Source: a virus. Taken from it: DNA of 47,493 bases. A program made the position numbers and the translations under genes. The notes beneath the pieces were generated by a model, which did not search any database, was not told the origin of the DNA, and saw only the letters and a program-made list of their open reading frames with translations. The stretch lies in the IMG/VR virus record IMGVR_UViG_3300039412_000320; one strand, written 5' to 3'. Positions 1-8,869 of this stretch are shown in pieces (within the stretch, counting starts at the first letter, position 1; each line of letters opens with the position of its first letter).

Positions 1-513
1 GTCATAGAGAGGGTCATCAACCCATTGCGGGTGGAAACACAGCTTGAAGTTGAACCACTTGAGCTTCAACCAATCCAGAGCCTTGAAGAACTTCTCCCTC
101 CGTTGTAGCCAGCGGGAAATGGGCGGTGCCGGGCGGATAATGACCGGTATGGAAGTTCCAATTACGTTTTTGTAAACAACGCTCTGAATTTCGGATAAGC
201 GGCCATTTACGATGAATGGTTCCTTACCTCTCCCGTCAGTACCAACTAACATCTGAGGAGGGCGGTCTAAAAGCTCCGCTTGCCGGGCAGCGGCTTGTCC
301 CGCTCTACCGGGGAGAGTGGCTTCAACCTTCCCATCCCCGCCGCAGCACTCACAGGTCTTGTAATTGTAGCAGGAGCAAGGCTGCTCACAACCGCAGCGC
401 TCCTCATCGGTGAGAGGGACTTCCCCCTCCCCTTTACAATCGGGGCACTGGTCGGTAAACCCCAAATGTTTGCTGTTCTCGTAAACTTGCAGGGAATCGT
501 CTTGGTTACCCAT
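1..513 (-). CDS. Partial CDS, runs off the left edge. Cys-rich protein with DnaJ-type CxxCxGxG zinc-finger repeats.
   Basis: I translated this ORF manually. It starts at ATG 513..511 behind an SD (GGAAGGAAAGGATAAAAATG) and stays open to position 1. It contains CPDCKGEGE and CECCGGDGK motifs. The ORF track omits it because no stop lies in the window. Confidence 0.5.
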   Translation of the reverse strand, partial: MGNQDDSLQVYENSKHLGFTDQCPDCKGEGEVPLTDEERCGCEQPCSCYNYKTCECCGGDGKVEATLPGRAGQAAARQAELLDRPPQMLVGTDGRGKEPFIVNGRLSEIQSVVYKNVIGTSIPVIIRPAPPISRWLQRREKFFKALDWLKLKWFNFKLCFHPQWVDDPLYD

Positions 514-970
514 TTTTATCCTTTCCTTCCCCCATCTGAATGAACGGAAGGGGACTCAATCCCGCTTCCATGGCATGAGTGGGGAGATTATGACGCATGT
601 ATCTTTGTAGAAGGGATTCGTCGTCAACCTTGAAATGCCGGGCGACGGGCTTGAGGAAATACATCAATCGTTTCTGCCATGTGTCCAACTTGGCTTCTTT
701 CATGAACGGATGGTCTTTCTCATCCACGATGGACTCCAAAGATTCACGAGCGTTCATCTCGTCTTCTTCCTTGCGCCAATCCTCTTGCGTGGCGTTGCTC
801 TTCTCTCTGATGCAGAACTCATGCCCGTGAATAACCAGGCACCCCGGATTGCAAGCCAACTTGACCATCTCGAAGAAGAGGTCTGTATTTTCCTTTGTTG
901 TGAGGACACGTCCGGTCCTGTCTATCTCCATAATCTTGTCGATGAACATCTGCTGGGCACTGTTACTCAT
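506..970 (-). CDS. hypothetical protein, 154 aa
   Basis: The ORF sits behind an SD (GGAGATAAAAG ATG), has a sensible composition and is tightly spaced with its neighbours. Confidence 0.5.
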   Translation of the reverse strand: MSNSAQQMFIDKIMEIDRTGRVLTTKENTDLFFEMVKLACNPGCLVIHGHEFCIREKSNATQEDWRKEEDEMNARESLESIVDEKDHPFMKEAKLDTWQKRLMYFLKPVARHFKVDDESLLQRYMRHNLPTHAMEAGLSPLPFIQMGEGKDKNG

Positions 971-1154
971 CTTTTATCTCCAGAACGTGTTTCAACAGAC
1001 TAGCCTCCATACGCTGGATAGATTGCTGGATTTCCCGATAGGTGCTGGGATTAGCCCAATCCTTGGGGTCCTGCAATAGCCGGACAAGGTGCCGCTTGGC
1101 GGGACCCAAGTCTCCGAGAATGAACTCAGCTTGCGCAAGGGTGATTGTCGCCAT
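963..1154 (-). CDS. small hypothetical protein, 63 aa
   Basis: This short ORF fills the gap between flanking minus genes and overlaps the upstream gene end by 29 nt. Confidence 0.3.
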   Translation of the reverse strand: MATITLAQAEFILGDLGPAKRHLVRLLQDPKDWANPSTYREIQQSIQRMEASLLKHVLEIKDE

Positions 1155-1806
1155 GTTGACCCTTCATGGGATACTTGTAGATGGCATCCCGGATTTCGTC
1201 GGCGAGGCGGGCGAACTGACGTAGGAAATAACCTCCGTCCCTACCTTCCAGAACGGCCTGCCCGCCATATGAGCAGCCGTCCAGAGCTTCCTGATAAAGG
1301 TCTTTGAGGCAATCCCTGCCGTTATGGGGACGAAGCCGCTGACCGTATTTTTTCTCCCCCCACACGATACGAGCCTCATGGTCCTCGGCGACCCGCTTGA
1401 GGTGCATCTCAGTCATCACCCGCTGTACATACCGGCCCACGTCTTCTTCATTGGGTGGGGCGGTGGGCATGGGTTCGGCGAGCGTGGGGTCCAGTTTTTC
1501 AGGGAGAGTAACTACGTTCTTGCCATGAAGGTCACCACCCTCCTGATATCGAACATAAGTCGGCGGCTGGTATCTAAGGTGTGAACGAATATTCCGGTCG
1601 CCTTGAGGGATATTGGAGATGGTCTCATATTTTCTCCCCGGTCCCACCTCTATCATTCCACCATGCTCATTGATGATGGGGATGACTTCCCAATCCGGCG
1701 TAATAGACTGGCTAAACGCTTCCCACGCCTCCGGCTCTCCCGGCGCTTCGATGAAATACTGAGTGTAGTTGTCTTGACAAAAGAACGTGCGGTACCCTTT
1801 GCTCAT
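1126..1806 (-). CDS. hypothetical protein, 226 aa
   Basis: A strong SD (GAGGAGGG) precedes the ATG at 1806. No motif was recognised. Confidence 0.6.
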   Translation of the reverse strand: MSKGYRTFFCQDNYTQYFIEAPGEPEAWEAFSQSITPDWEVIPIINEHGGMIEVGPGRKYETISNIPQGDRNIRSHLRYQPPTYVRYQEGGDLHGKNVVTLPEKLDPTLAEPMPTAPPNEEDVGRYVQRVMTEMHLKRVAEDHEARIVWGEKKYGQRLRPHNGRDCLKDLYQEALDGCSYGGQAVLEGRDGGYFLRQFARLADEIRDAIYKYPMKGQHGDNHPCAS

Positions 1807-1829
1807 CTGCCCTCCTCATCCTCTTATTA

Positions 1830-1843
1830 CTCAAATTTTTGAG
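1830..1843. promoter_or_regulatory. Inverted repeat CTCAAA-TT-TTTGAG in a divergent intergenic region; a candidate operator.
   Basis: Perfect 6-bp half-sites lie in the 103-bp gap between divergent genes 1126..1806(-) and 1910..2623(+). Confidence 0.3.
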
Positions 1844-1909
1844 CTTTCTAGAGTAACAAATGACAATGACCGAATAACTTAACTTTCTATTTCTTATGTA
1901 GGGGGAGCT

Positions 1910-2623
1910 ATGTTCACCGTTTACAAAATCACTTGCCTTGAGAATGGAAAATTGTACATCGGCTACACAAAACTTTCCTTGAAGGAACGATGGTGGAATC
2001 ATATAAAGTATACAAACCGTGGGGCAACCACCAAACTGGCTAATGCCATAAGGAAACATGGCAAAGATGCCTTTAGGATTGAGCCTATTGTACGTACCCC
2101 CGACAAATCTGAAGCCATTGAGCTGGAAATCTCATTGATAGCTGAAAACCACACACGGGGAAATGGATACAACATAACACCCGGTGGTGATGGTGGTCCC
2201 ACATCACGGGCACCGTTCAGTGCTGAGCGCCGTAAGCATATGAGCGAGGTTCTCAAGGGAATTCCTAAATCTCTTGAGCATCGTGCTCACCTGTGTGGAC
2301 CACGGCCTTGTATAACAGGCAAAAACAACCCGTTCTACGGGAAACACCACACTGAAGAAACTTGTAAGAAAATTGGTAACCGAAAGTATGCCCGTGGCAA
2401 AAACCACCATCTGTACGGAAAACCAACCGTTACCTCATTCAAGTCTGGATTCCTTCACCCAAGGTCAATACCGATAACGATAAACGGAAAGAATTATGGG
2501 TCTATTTCTCTTGCAGCCAAGGACCTTAACATAACACGTCCTAAACTAATGAGGCGGTTGAAATCGGGTAAGCCTATTCCACCCGTCCAGAACTCTTTAA
2601 ACTCTCTAAGTATTCCAACCTAG
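1910..2623 (+). CDS. GIY-YIG homing endonuclease (I-TevI-like, with NUMOD3 repeats and a C-terminal HTH)
   Basis: The N-terminus reads VYKITCLENGKLYIGYT...ERWWNH (GIY-YIG). NUMOD3-like GKNNPFYGKHHTEET and GKNHHLYGKP repeats follow. An SD (GGGGGAG) precedes the start. Confidence 0.85.
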   Translation: MFTVYKITCLENGKLYIGYTKLSLKERWWNHIKYTNRGATTKLANAIRKHGKDAFRIEPIVRTPDKSEAIELEISLIAENHTRGNGYNITPGGDGGPTSRAPFSAERRKHMSEVLKGIPKSLEHRAHLCGPRPCITGKNNPFYGKHHTEETCKKIGNRKYARGKNHHLYGKPTVTSFKSGFLHPRSIPITINGKNYGSISLAAKDLNITRPKLMRRLKSGKPIPPVQNSLNSLSIPT

Positions 2624-3191
2624 TAGGCATCTTGGACTCCATTCTCTGTATAACTTGTTCGATAGAAACAGGGTAGAAGTTATTGCAATCAACTCCTACA
2701 TCCATAGAGAGAAGGTGCGGCTCATCAGGGAGCATTCCATGAGAATGCCCATAAAGATGATAGCTGTTATAGCAAGAATTTCTCCACGTGCGCATGGCAT
2801 AGTGGCAGAGCGTAACCATCTTCTTGCTCTTGTCATCAAACCATGGCTGACCAATTTTGATTTCCTCAAGCTGGCGTATCCAGACAAAAGAGTTGTGTTT
2901 CTTCATCATCTGAACAGCAATACCGTCGTGGTTTCCCTGTATGACGTAGAAGTTGCCGTTGAGTCGTTTCTGGATTTCCACGCACTGCTCCAGTTTCATC
3001 TGGAGGTAGAGGTCCCCGAGAACGTAGACAAGGTCCCCCTTCTTAACTACAGCGTTGTGGTTGGCGATGTACGCCTCGTTCATTTCCTCCACGCTGGAGA
3101 AGGGCCGCTTCTTGGTGGTGATAAAGTACCGGTATCCCAAGTGCCAGTCGGCGGTGACCCATAGATTCGGTTGTCCGTTAAGGATTATCAC
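2574..3191 (-). CDS. calcineurin-like metallophosphoesterase, 205 aa (GTG start)
   Basis: The ORF carries the ordered motifs DWHLG, GDLY, GNHD and GHSHG. The GTG start overlaps the upstream stop (GTGA). Confidence 0.75.
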   Translation of the reverse strand: MIILNGQPNLWVTADWHLGYRYFITTKKRPFSSVEEMNEAYIANHNAVVKKGDLVYVLGDLYLQMKLEQCVEIQKRLNGNFYVIQGNHDGIAVQMMKKHNSFVWIRQLEEIKIGQPWFDDKSKKMVTLCHYAMRTWRNSCYNSYHLYGHSHGMLPDEPHLLSMDVGVDCNNFYPVSIEQVIQRMESKMPTRLEYLESLKSSGRVE

Positions 3192-3511
3192 GCTATGTTC
3201 GTACCTTTCTTCGGTCTCGCATCCTCGGGCGGTGGGATAGTGGGAAGCTGCGGCATCGCATTGCCAAAAGGCGGCATCAGGAATGGACGCAGCATCTTAA
3301 ACGCATCCTGTATGCACTCGCCCTGTGTCTCCACCTTAATGGTATCAGGATGAGCATTCTTCCACGCCCGGAGGTAGATAAGCTCGGCGTGTTCAGCCGC
3401 CTGCTCGCACTGCCCGGCGTACTCGCTGTATTGGTACGTCACCATGACAAGCAAGAGAGTGAGAATTATCAAGACAGCGGAGACTACCTTCATGATTTTT
3501 TCGCTGTTCAT
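3188..3511 (-). CDS. small secreted/membrane protein, 107 aa
   Basis: The N-terminal hydrophobic segment KVVSAVLIILTLLLVMV suggests a signal peptide or TM helix. The ORF is translationally coupled to the downstream phosphoesterase. Confidence 0.5.
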   Translation of the reverse strand: MNSEKIMKVVSAVLIILTLLLVMVTYQYSEYAGQCEQAAEHAELIYLRAWKNAHPDTIKVETQGECIQDAFKMLRPFLMPPFGNAMPQLPTIPPPEDARPKKGTNIA

Positions 3512-3996
3512 GGCATTTGGCTCCTCATATCCTTTGCTATCTTATCTATTTCGTCATAAGCAAGGTCAAGGCCGGGCACGATGACATCAGCGTGAGCGAC
3601 CAGCCAAGGACTTGGATTGTCATCATCGCAGATGACAACAATCCACTTGTCCAATTCGTGAGCGTACATGATTTCCATTGCCGTGCCCCAGCTTGGCACA
3701 GGACAGTAAGTGAGGACGATATCCGACTGAGTAATGGAAATCTTATCCCGTTTGATTACCCAAAGAGAAGCGGACTTGAGGTCAACATCATCTCGATATT
3801 GCATACGGCTGGGGACAATGATATTCACTCCGTAGTGAAGGCATTTGCTGGAGGCTTGAAGCTCCTCCGGGGCCATACCGCTGTGCCCAAAGCCCCCTGT
3901 GGCAAGTTGATAGTGCTTAATGACGGCCTTTCGCCAGCCGTAAGCTTGCTCGTCAGTTAACCCCTTAATGCCGCCCGATAGATAGATGTTTATCAA
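3508..3996 (-). CDS. nucleoside 2-deoxyribosyltransferase family protein
   Basis: Family motifs are NIYLSGGIKG near the N-terminus and the catalytic-Glu motif GTAMEIMYAHELDKWIVV near the C-terminus. I chose a TTG start at 3996 behind an SD (AAGGAGACTATTTG), just after the stop of the upstream small ORF. The ORF track extends this ORF to 4116 from an ATG. Confidence 0.55.
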   Translation of the reverse strand: MINIYLSGGIKGLTDEQAYGWRKAVIKHYQLATGGFGHSGMAPEELQASSKCLHYGVNIIVPSRMQYRDDVDLKSASLWVIKRDKISITQSDIVLTYCPVPSWGTAMEIMYAHELDKWIVVICDDDNPSPWLVAHADVIVPGLDLAYDEIDKIAKDMRSQMP

Positions 3997-4007
3997 ATAG
4001 TCTCCTT

Positions 4008-4208
4008 CTACCTTTGCCCGAAAGTATCCCGTGATACCGCTACCAGCGTGAGCTTGTTGAGGCTGCGGACCATCACCGAGAGTCCCTTCATGTAAAAACC
4101 CTTGACGATATTCCACAGTTGTTCCTCGGCTACTTCAATGACCTCGTTATGCTTGTAGGGAAGCACCAAGTCTTCTTCACCGAACCACGAGTAGATGCTG
4201 ATTTTCAT
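4008..4208 (-). CDS. small hypothetical protein, about 66 aa
   Basis: The ATG at 4208 overlaps the stop of the SbcD-like gene (ATGA). The longer 84-aa version would overlap that gene by 58 nt. Confidence 0.35.
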   Translation of the reverse strand: MKISIYSWFGEEDLVLPYKHNEVIEVAEEQLWNIVKGFYMKGLSVMVRSLNKLTLVAVSRDTFGQR

Positions 4209-5209
4209 AGGCCGCATAGCTCCTTTACCAGCATTAGCAACCGGATATCTTCCTTGGGGCAAAGCTCCCTGAGAACCTCGCCGGGGTCGGATGTTTCCAC
4301 ACCACCCACGGCTACTTCCATCTGCGTCAAGAACTGTTTGACTTCCTCCGACTTGTCGATATGACGGACTTCCCGGTCGGCAGTAACGAACGCCTCCGCC
4401 AATGGCTTTACGGGCAGGGCGATTTCCTTGTACTTCGGTCCCTGCTCGGAGAATGACAGCACGGCTACAGACACGGGGCGCTCCGCTTGGTCGCTGTCTA
4501 ATGCCGCTCGTGCGAGACTCCCCAAATGCACATGGGTGGTGTTACCCACCTTCTTGGTTTCCTGCCGCCCGTGGTCATGACCCCAAAGCAAAAAATCAAA
4601 GTCTGAGCCAGCAAGTTCGTCGTAGCCGATGACCCGTTCACCAAAGTAATCGCTGGGTCCGCCCGGCTGACCATAGGCATGAACGATGCCCACAAAGTAG
4701 TTGGCATCCCCATGTCTGTGGGAAGCCTTTATCCTATGCAGCGTCTCCTGACCGTGGTCATAGGGAAAGGACTGTACCTGTACCTTCAAGGAAGCAAACT
4801 GCGAACTCACCATCAGGCACTCTTCGGTCAGGTCCGCATAGGCCCCGGAAGCGATAAGAAGGCCGAGGGGCTGACCCGAGAGCGAATCCATCCGCTCGCC
4901 CCATGCCAAGTCGTGATTGCCCACCGCCCCATACACCCGGCCCATGGGGAACTTCCGCAATGTCCGCAGCGTCCGCACAAGGAGAGACAGACTGTTAGCA
5001 GGGTGGTGGGCCTTTTTCACGTGGAATACATCCCCACCACAGAGTGCGAAACCCTTAACCTTTTCGGTCAAGTCCCGGATGAAATCAAGCTTCTCCAAAA
5101 TGACCGATTCATAGTCATCGCCACGTTGTCCGGGCGGAATGGCGCTAAGATGCCAATCTGTTGACCAAACAAAATTGATTTTCACATATTCCGACTTTTC
5201 GATTCTCAT
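4205..5209 (-). CDS. SbcD/Mre11-family DNA repair nuclease (T4 gp47-like metallophosphoesterase)
   Basis: The ORF carries the ordered motifs DWHL, GGDVFH, GNHD, GHDHG and HVHLGS and is about 335 aa. The first in-frame ATG is at 5209; the track start at 5218 is a TTG. Confidence 0.75.
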   Translation of the reverse strand: MRIEKSEYVKINFVWSTDWHLSAIPPGQRGDDYESVILEKLDFIRDLTEKVKGFALCGGDVFHVKKAHHPANSLSLLVRTLRTLRKFPMGRVYGAVGNHDLAWGERMDSLSGQPLGLLIASGAYADLTEECLMVSSQFASLKVQVQSFPYDHGQETLHRIKASHRHGDANYFVGIVHAYGQPGGPSDYFGERVIGYDELAGSDFDFLLWGHDHGRQETKKVGNTTHVHLGSLARAALDSDQAERPVSVAVLSFSEQGPKYKEIALPVKPLAEAFVTADREVRHIDKSEEVKQFLTQMEVAVGGVETSDPGEVLRELCPKEDIRLLMLVKELCGL

Positions 5210-5211
5210 AT

Positions 5212-5910
5212 ATGACAACTCGTTGTGGAATCTATCGTATAGTTAATACTGTCACGGGGGTGTTTTACATTGGAAGTTCTAAAAACATCCCCTGTCGATG
5301 GAGAACTCACCTTAAACAACTGAGACATAATACACATGGAAACCAAAAATTACAAAACTCTTGGAATAAGCATGGAGAACAAGCCTTTTCTTTTGAGGTA
5401 ATCGAACCATGTCCAGAACAAGGGATGAGGGAACGAGAAACCTATTGGATTCAGGCGACATGGATGTTCAACTACAATTTGAGCGAAAAAGGAACCGGGA
5501 ATGTAAGGCGAGGTTGGCACCACACCCCCGAAACAATAGCTAAGATGAAAAGTAAAAAACACCGTCCATACACGGAAAAAGAAAAATTAGCACAATCTTT
5601 GCGTCTAAGGGGTATACCTAAAACTTATGAGCATAGACAAAATATATCTAAAGCAAAAAAGGGCAAGGATTCCCTCTCCCCAGAAGCCCACAAACGACAA
5701 GCTATAAGCCTAAGCCAAACCATTAAAGGAGAAAACAATCCTAACTTTGGGCATAGGTGGGGTGAAAAACAAAGGAACAAGATGTCTCATACCTTAGCTA
5801 CCAAAACATATAACTTTACCTGTGACCATTGTAGCCGGATATTTACGGGAGTGACTCGTTCTTCCTATGGGGGACATCGTAGAAAATGTCTCCTTTATTC
5901 AAGCACCTAA
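5212..5910 (+). CDS. GIY-YIG homing endonuclease
   Basis: The N-terminus reads GIYRIVNTVTGVFYIGSS...RWRTHL. NUMOD3-like repeats follow (GENNPNFGHRWGE). The gene diverges from the SbcD-like gene with only 2 bp between the two start codons. Confidence 0.85.
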   Translation: MTTRCGIYRIVNTVTGVFYIGSSKNIPCRWRTHLKQLRHNTHGNQKLQNSWNKHGEQAFSFEVIEPCPEQGMRERETYWIQATWMFNYNLSEKGTGNVRRGWHHTPETIAKMKSKKHRPYTEKEKLAQSLRLRGIPKTYEHRQNISKAKKGKDSLSPEAHKRQAISLSQTIKGENNPNFGHRWGEKQRNKMSHTLATKTYNFTCDHCSRIFTGVTRSSYGGHRRKCLLYSST

Positions 5911-5960
5911 TCACCGCTTCTCTGATATCGACCGATACGGTAATCATAAGGGTTATTACT

Positions 5961-6152
5961 CTATTCTGAAGAATTTTCCGGTTTGGCGTGAGCAATAGCG
6001 TATTCGATGGCGTCAACGTCTTTCCAAGCGTCTAAGTACTGTTGCCCCACCACCACATCACATTTGGCAAACCGGGCGATAATCAGCAGGTAGTTGTATC
6101 TGCGTAAGGTTGCAAGCCCGAAGAACTCTCCATATTCCTTCGGGACCTGCAC
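5961..6152 (-). CDS. small hypothetical protein, 63 aa
   Basis: Called on ORF and spacing only. Confidence 0.35.
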   Translation of the reverse strand: MQVPKEYGEFFGLATLRRYNYLLIIARFAKCDVVVGQQYLDAWKDVDAIEYAIAHAKPENSSE

Positions 6153-6175
6153 CCTATCAACCTCTGTCCAATCCG

Positions 6176-6652
6176 TCAGTCACCACTTTTTCCACGGTAC
6201 AGGGCATCGGCGGCTACGCTTACTTCCCCCTCTCCCTCTCCATGTAAGCCGGGGGAAGTAGAAGAGTCCCCCGCCTCAAACCATGCTTTGGGAACTTGGG
6301 GGAAAGCATACTCGATACCGACGAAGTTACCGTAATCCAACACATACTCCCGGTTTCCCGGTTTGACGATTCCTCCACGGGTTTCTCCCCCTGCTGTATA
6401 AAGAAGCAGGCGTTTGAATCCTGAGAGGATGGCGTTGGCGTTCGCTGTAGTGCCCTTATCGTCTTTCCACCGCCCCATCAAGGCCCCGATGGTATCATTC
6501 AGGTCTTTAAGGAATGCCCGGCTGTAACGTCCCCGGTAGTTGTTCTTGTAATCCCCGTAGGAATAAAACGCCATTTCCATACGGTCAGTCATGCCCTTCA
6601 AATACTCGAAACTGATTTGGTCATTCTTACTTACTAAAGTGATTTCAGACAC
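6176..6652 (-). CDS. hypothetical protein, 158 aa
   Basis: An SD (AGGAGGGTACC ATG) precedes the start. Confidence 0.6.
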   Translation of the reverse strand: MSEITLVSKNDQISFEYLKGMTDRMEMAFYSYGDYKNNYRGRYSRAFLKDLNDTIGALMGRWKDDKGTTANANAILSGFKRLLLYTAGGETRGGIVKPGNREYVLDYGNFVGIEYAFPQVPKAWFEAGDSSTSPGLHGEGEGEVSVAADALYRGKSGD

Positions 6653-6711
6653 GATGGTACCCTCCTGTTGAGATACAAGCCGACGCCCTCCGGGGGCACC
6701 CTCGCCCTGCT

Positions 6712-7278
6712 CTACTGCTGCGGTTGCACTGACGCCGGGTCAGTGGTCCGACTAAGCTCTTCCGCATCCCACTTCTCATGCCGTGCAATCTCTTTTTCCA
6801 CCCACTCATATTGACTGGGGTCATGAGCAAACTTCTGGCGAGCTTCTTCTAGCGTAAGCTCTAAATCTACCACCCGCTCACCGACGAAGTGTTTCCATAT
6901 CGCCTGAAAGACCGGCTCACAGATGTACAGATGCCAGAGGCTCCCCACATCATCTCCGAACCACTCTCCGAAGGTGCAGGGGTGCTCTTTGTCGTCCTCA
7001 TCATAACTTCCTTGAATGTTGGTGATAAACTTGGGTAGGGGAACCTCACCGAGCCAATGACAGAGCCACTGTTGCCAACCCCACAGCCAGTCGGCAAATG
7101 CCCAATGCCAGAGGCGGGATTCGCACATTACGATAACCCGGACTTCATCCCCCTTCCAGCCCTTCATGGAGGTATGCCAATTCTGAACACGGCGGCTGAG
7201 AATGTAGTCCGGCACGGTGCCAAACATAAACCGCAGCGGGGAGTACAGGATGTTTCCGAATTCTGCCAGTTTACCCAT
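6712..7278 (-). CDS. hypothetical Trp-rich protein, 188 aa
   Basis: The start overlaps the upstream gene stop (TAATG). Confidence 0.6.
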   Translation of the reverse strand: MGKLAEFGNILYSPLRFMFGTVPDYILSRRVQNWHTSMKGWKGDEVRVIVMCESRLWHWAFADWLWGWQQWLCHWLGEVPLPKFITNIQGSYDEDDKEHPCTFGEWFGDDVGSLWHLYICEPVFQAIWKHFVGERVVDLELTLEEARQKFAHDPSQYEWVEKEIARHEKWDAEELSRTTDPASVQPQQ

Positions 7279-7619
7279 TAGATGTTGATGATTCTGCCCG
7301 GCAGATTATCGCTGACGGGGGGCTTGCGCAGGTTAACGAACCCCGGCTCAAAGTTGAATATGCGGATGATTCCCGCCGCCGCTCCATCGGCTATACCAGC
7401 AATGCCGGAATAGATGATGTCTTGGTCTGCTCGAACCCGCTGTGCCAACACCAGAAAATTTGCTGCCCGGATGGCGGTCAGTATGCGGTCACGAACCTCC
7501 GACTCCATGTCGGGACCGGCCTTGGGAAACGCCAGATGGGTGTTTTGCTGACCCGCTAGAACCTCGGGTTCCGCAACCTGCTTCTCTTCTTTGTAAACAT
7601 CAAGCTTGGTAACTGCCAT
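7278..7619 (-). CDS. hypothetical protein, 113 aa
   Basis: An SD (AGGGGGC) precedes the start. The stop overlaps the next start. Confidence 0.55.
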   Translation of the reverse strand: MAVTKLDVYKEEKQVAEPEVLAGQQNTHLAFPKAGPDMESEVRDRILTAIRAANFLVLAQRVRADQDIIYSGIAGIADGAAAGIIRIFNFEPGFVNLRKPPVSDNLPGRIINI

Positions 7620-7647
7620 ATTAGCCCCCTAAGAATATTACTGAACT

Positions 7648-8418
7648 TTAACTCTTTTCTTTTAGCTCCGTGGCTAAAGCGGTCAGTCCGGCGTTCTTGA
7701 GCATCAGGTCAAGAGCATCGGCTATCTCCCGTGCATATTTGGCGGCGGGGGCAATGTGTTTGACCTCGTACTCCATCTCTGTCAGTGCTTTGACCGCCAA
7801 CGCTACATTACCAAGGCTCCAGCGGTCAGCAATCTTGACCCCCGAGACAGCCTCGAACTTGTCTACTTCCCCCCTGAGACGCTTGTAATCGCCGCCCACG
7901 CACTTCTTCCCATACTCCACCCCCTCTGCGTACTGTTTCTTGGCTTCTTCATCCGGGCAGTAGGCTTGGTTACGGAGGAGTGAGGCTACAAACAGCCGGT
8001 CAAGGGGAACGGGGGTTAGAGGCAATGCCGGGGCGTCAACACGCAGAACCCCACCATGCATGGAGAGTTGCCCCCATGTCGATGGAAGCTCCCCGGTCTT
8101 GACTATGGTGGGGTCGGACAATACCAACCACCAGCGGTCACAGTACTTGGCAATAGACTCAGCCTTGTCAGGGTTCTTGAGTTCATTGAGAAAATCGTTG
8201 CGGCTGGTCTTAACCTCGAAGCCATGCACTTCCAACCCCCGGCTGGGGTAGCAGTTCATCGCTACGGCGGCGGCGGTGAGGGGCAACTGAGCGAACCCGG
8301 TGCCATTCCTTAACTGCGGGAAGAAGGCCCACTCCGGGGCTGGATGCCGCTTAAGAAGGGCGGCGACAATGTCTTGCTCAGACCAACGAACAGCGGGAAT
8401 TGGGGGTATTTTAGGCAT
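7648..8418 (-). CDS. MmcB-like PD-(D/E)XK family nuclease / DNA repair protein
   Basis: The segment EVKTSRNDF...KYCDRWWLVLSDP resembles the MmcB family core (E.K.S..DF....YCDRF.F). Confidence 0.5.
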   Translation of the reverse strand: MPKIPPIPAVRWSEQDIVAALLKRHPAPEWAFFPQLRNGTGFAQLPLTAAAVAMNCYPSRGLEVHGFEVKTSRNDFLNELKNPDKAESIAKYCDRWWLVLSDPTIVKTGELPSTWGQLSMHGGVLRVDAPALPLTPVPLDRLFVASLLRNQAYCPDEEAKKQYAEGVEYGKKCVGGDYKRLRGEVDKFEAVSGVKIADRWSLGNVALAVKALTEMEYEVKHIAPAAKYAREIADALDLMLKNAGLTALATELKEKS

Positions 8419-8869
8419 AGGCAGTGCGTATCAGAATGTCAGCATCGGTAGCATTTACTTTTCCAAGCAGAGCATCGGAGGCAACTCTCGCCAGCTTGGG
8501 ACGAAGCCCCTGCCGGACGGCGTTTGCCGCCAGTTTGACTACTATGCTTTTAGTGACCGTGGGACCATTATCCCCGGTAAACCTTTTCCAATTATAGGTT
8601 TTCTTATTGATAAGAGCGTCCTTGCCTTCGGCAAGAATCTTATCTCCCAGTTGAAGGGGGGTTCCAAAGATAAAGGCAACCGTGCTCATCTCCACGAGAC
8701 TGGGAACGACCACAATGAAAGCCCGGTCACTGCTCTCCAGAAGTTTGATTTCCGTCTTGGTGCCTCCCCACCGAACCCGCACTGGGTCTTCCTTGATGTC
8801 GGCTAATGTAGAGGCTATCTCGGCAATCGTGGGTCCATGAAATTGGGGGTCAACTTCCAGTGTTACCAT
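8411..8869 (-). CDS. hypothetical protein, 152 aa
   Basis: The ORF has an 8-nt overlap with its downstream neighbour. Confidence 0.55.
   Translation of the reverse strand: MVTLEVDPQFHGPTIAEIASTLADIKEDPVRVRWGGTKTEIKLLESSDRAFIVVVPSLVEMSTVAFIFGTPLQLGDKILAEGKDALINKKTYNWKRFTGDNGPTVTKSIVVKLAANAVRQGLRPKLARVASDALLGKVNATDADILIRTAYA

Noticed and set aside
216-543. Two plus-strand ORFs (216..413 and 280..543).
   Set aside because: They are shadow ORFs of the partial minus-strand Cys-rich gene, which has a clear SD and DnaJ-type zinc-finger motifs.
4205-5209. An SbcC/Rad50 partner for the SbcD-like nuclease.
   Set aside because: No large coiled-coil ABC ATPase ORF is adjacent or anywhere in the window, so the nuclease is reported alone.
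6645-6830. A 61-aa minus ORF bridging two genes.
   Set aside because: It overlaps both neighbours in another frame and its composition is Arg/Gly-rich junk.
8300-8806. A 168-aa plus ORF, and similar plus ORFs at 9111..9755 and 9281..9838.
   Set aside because: They overlap tightly coupled minus-strand genes on the opposite strand. They have no RBS and low-complexity composition.
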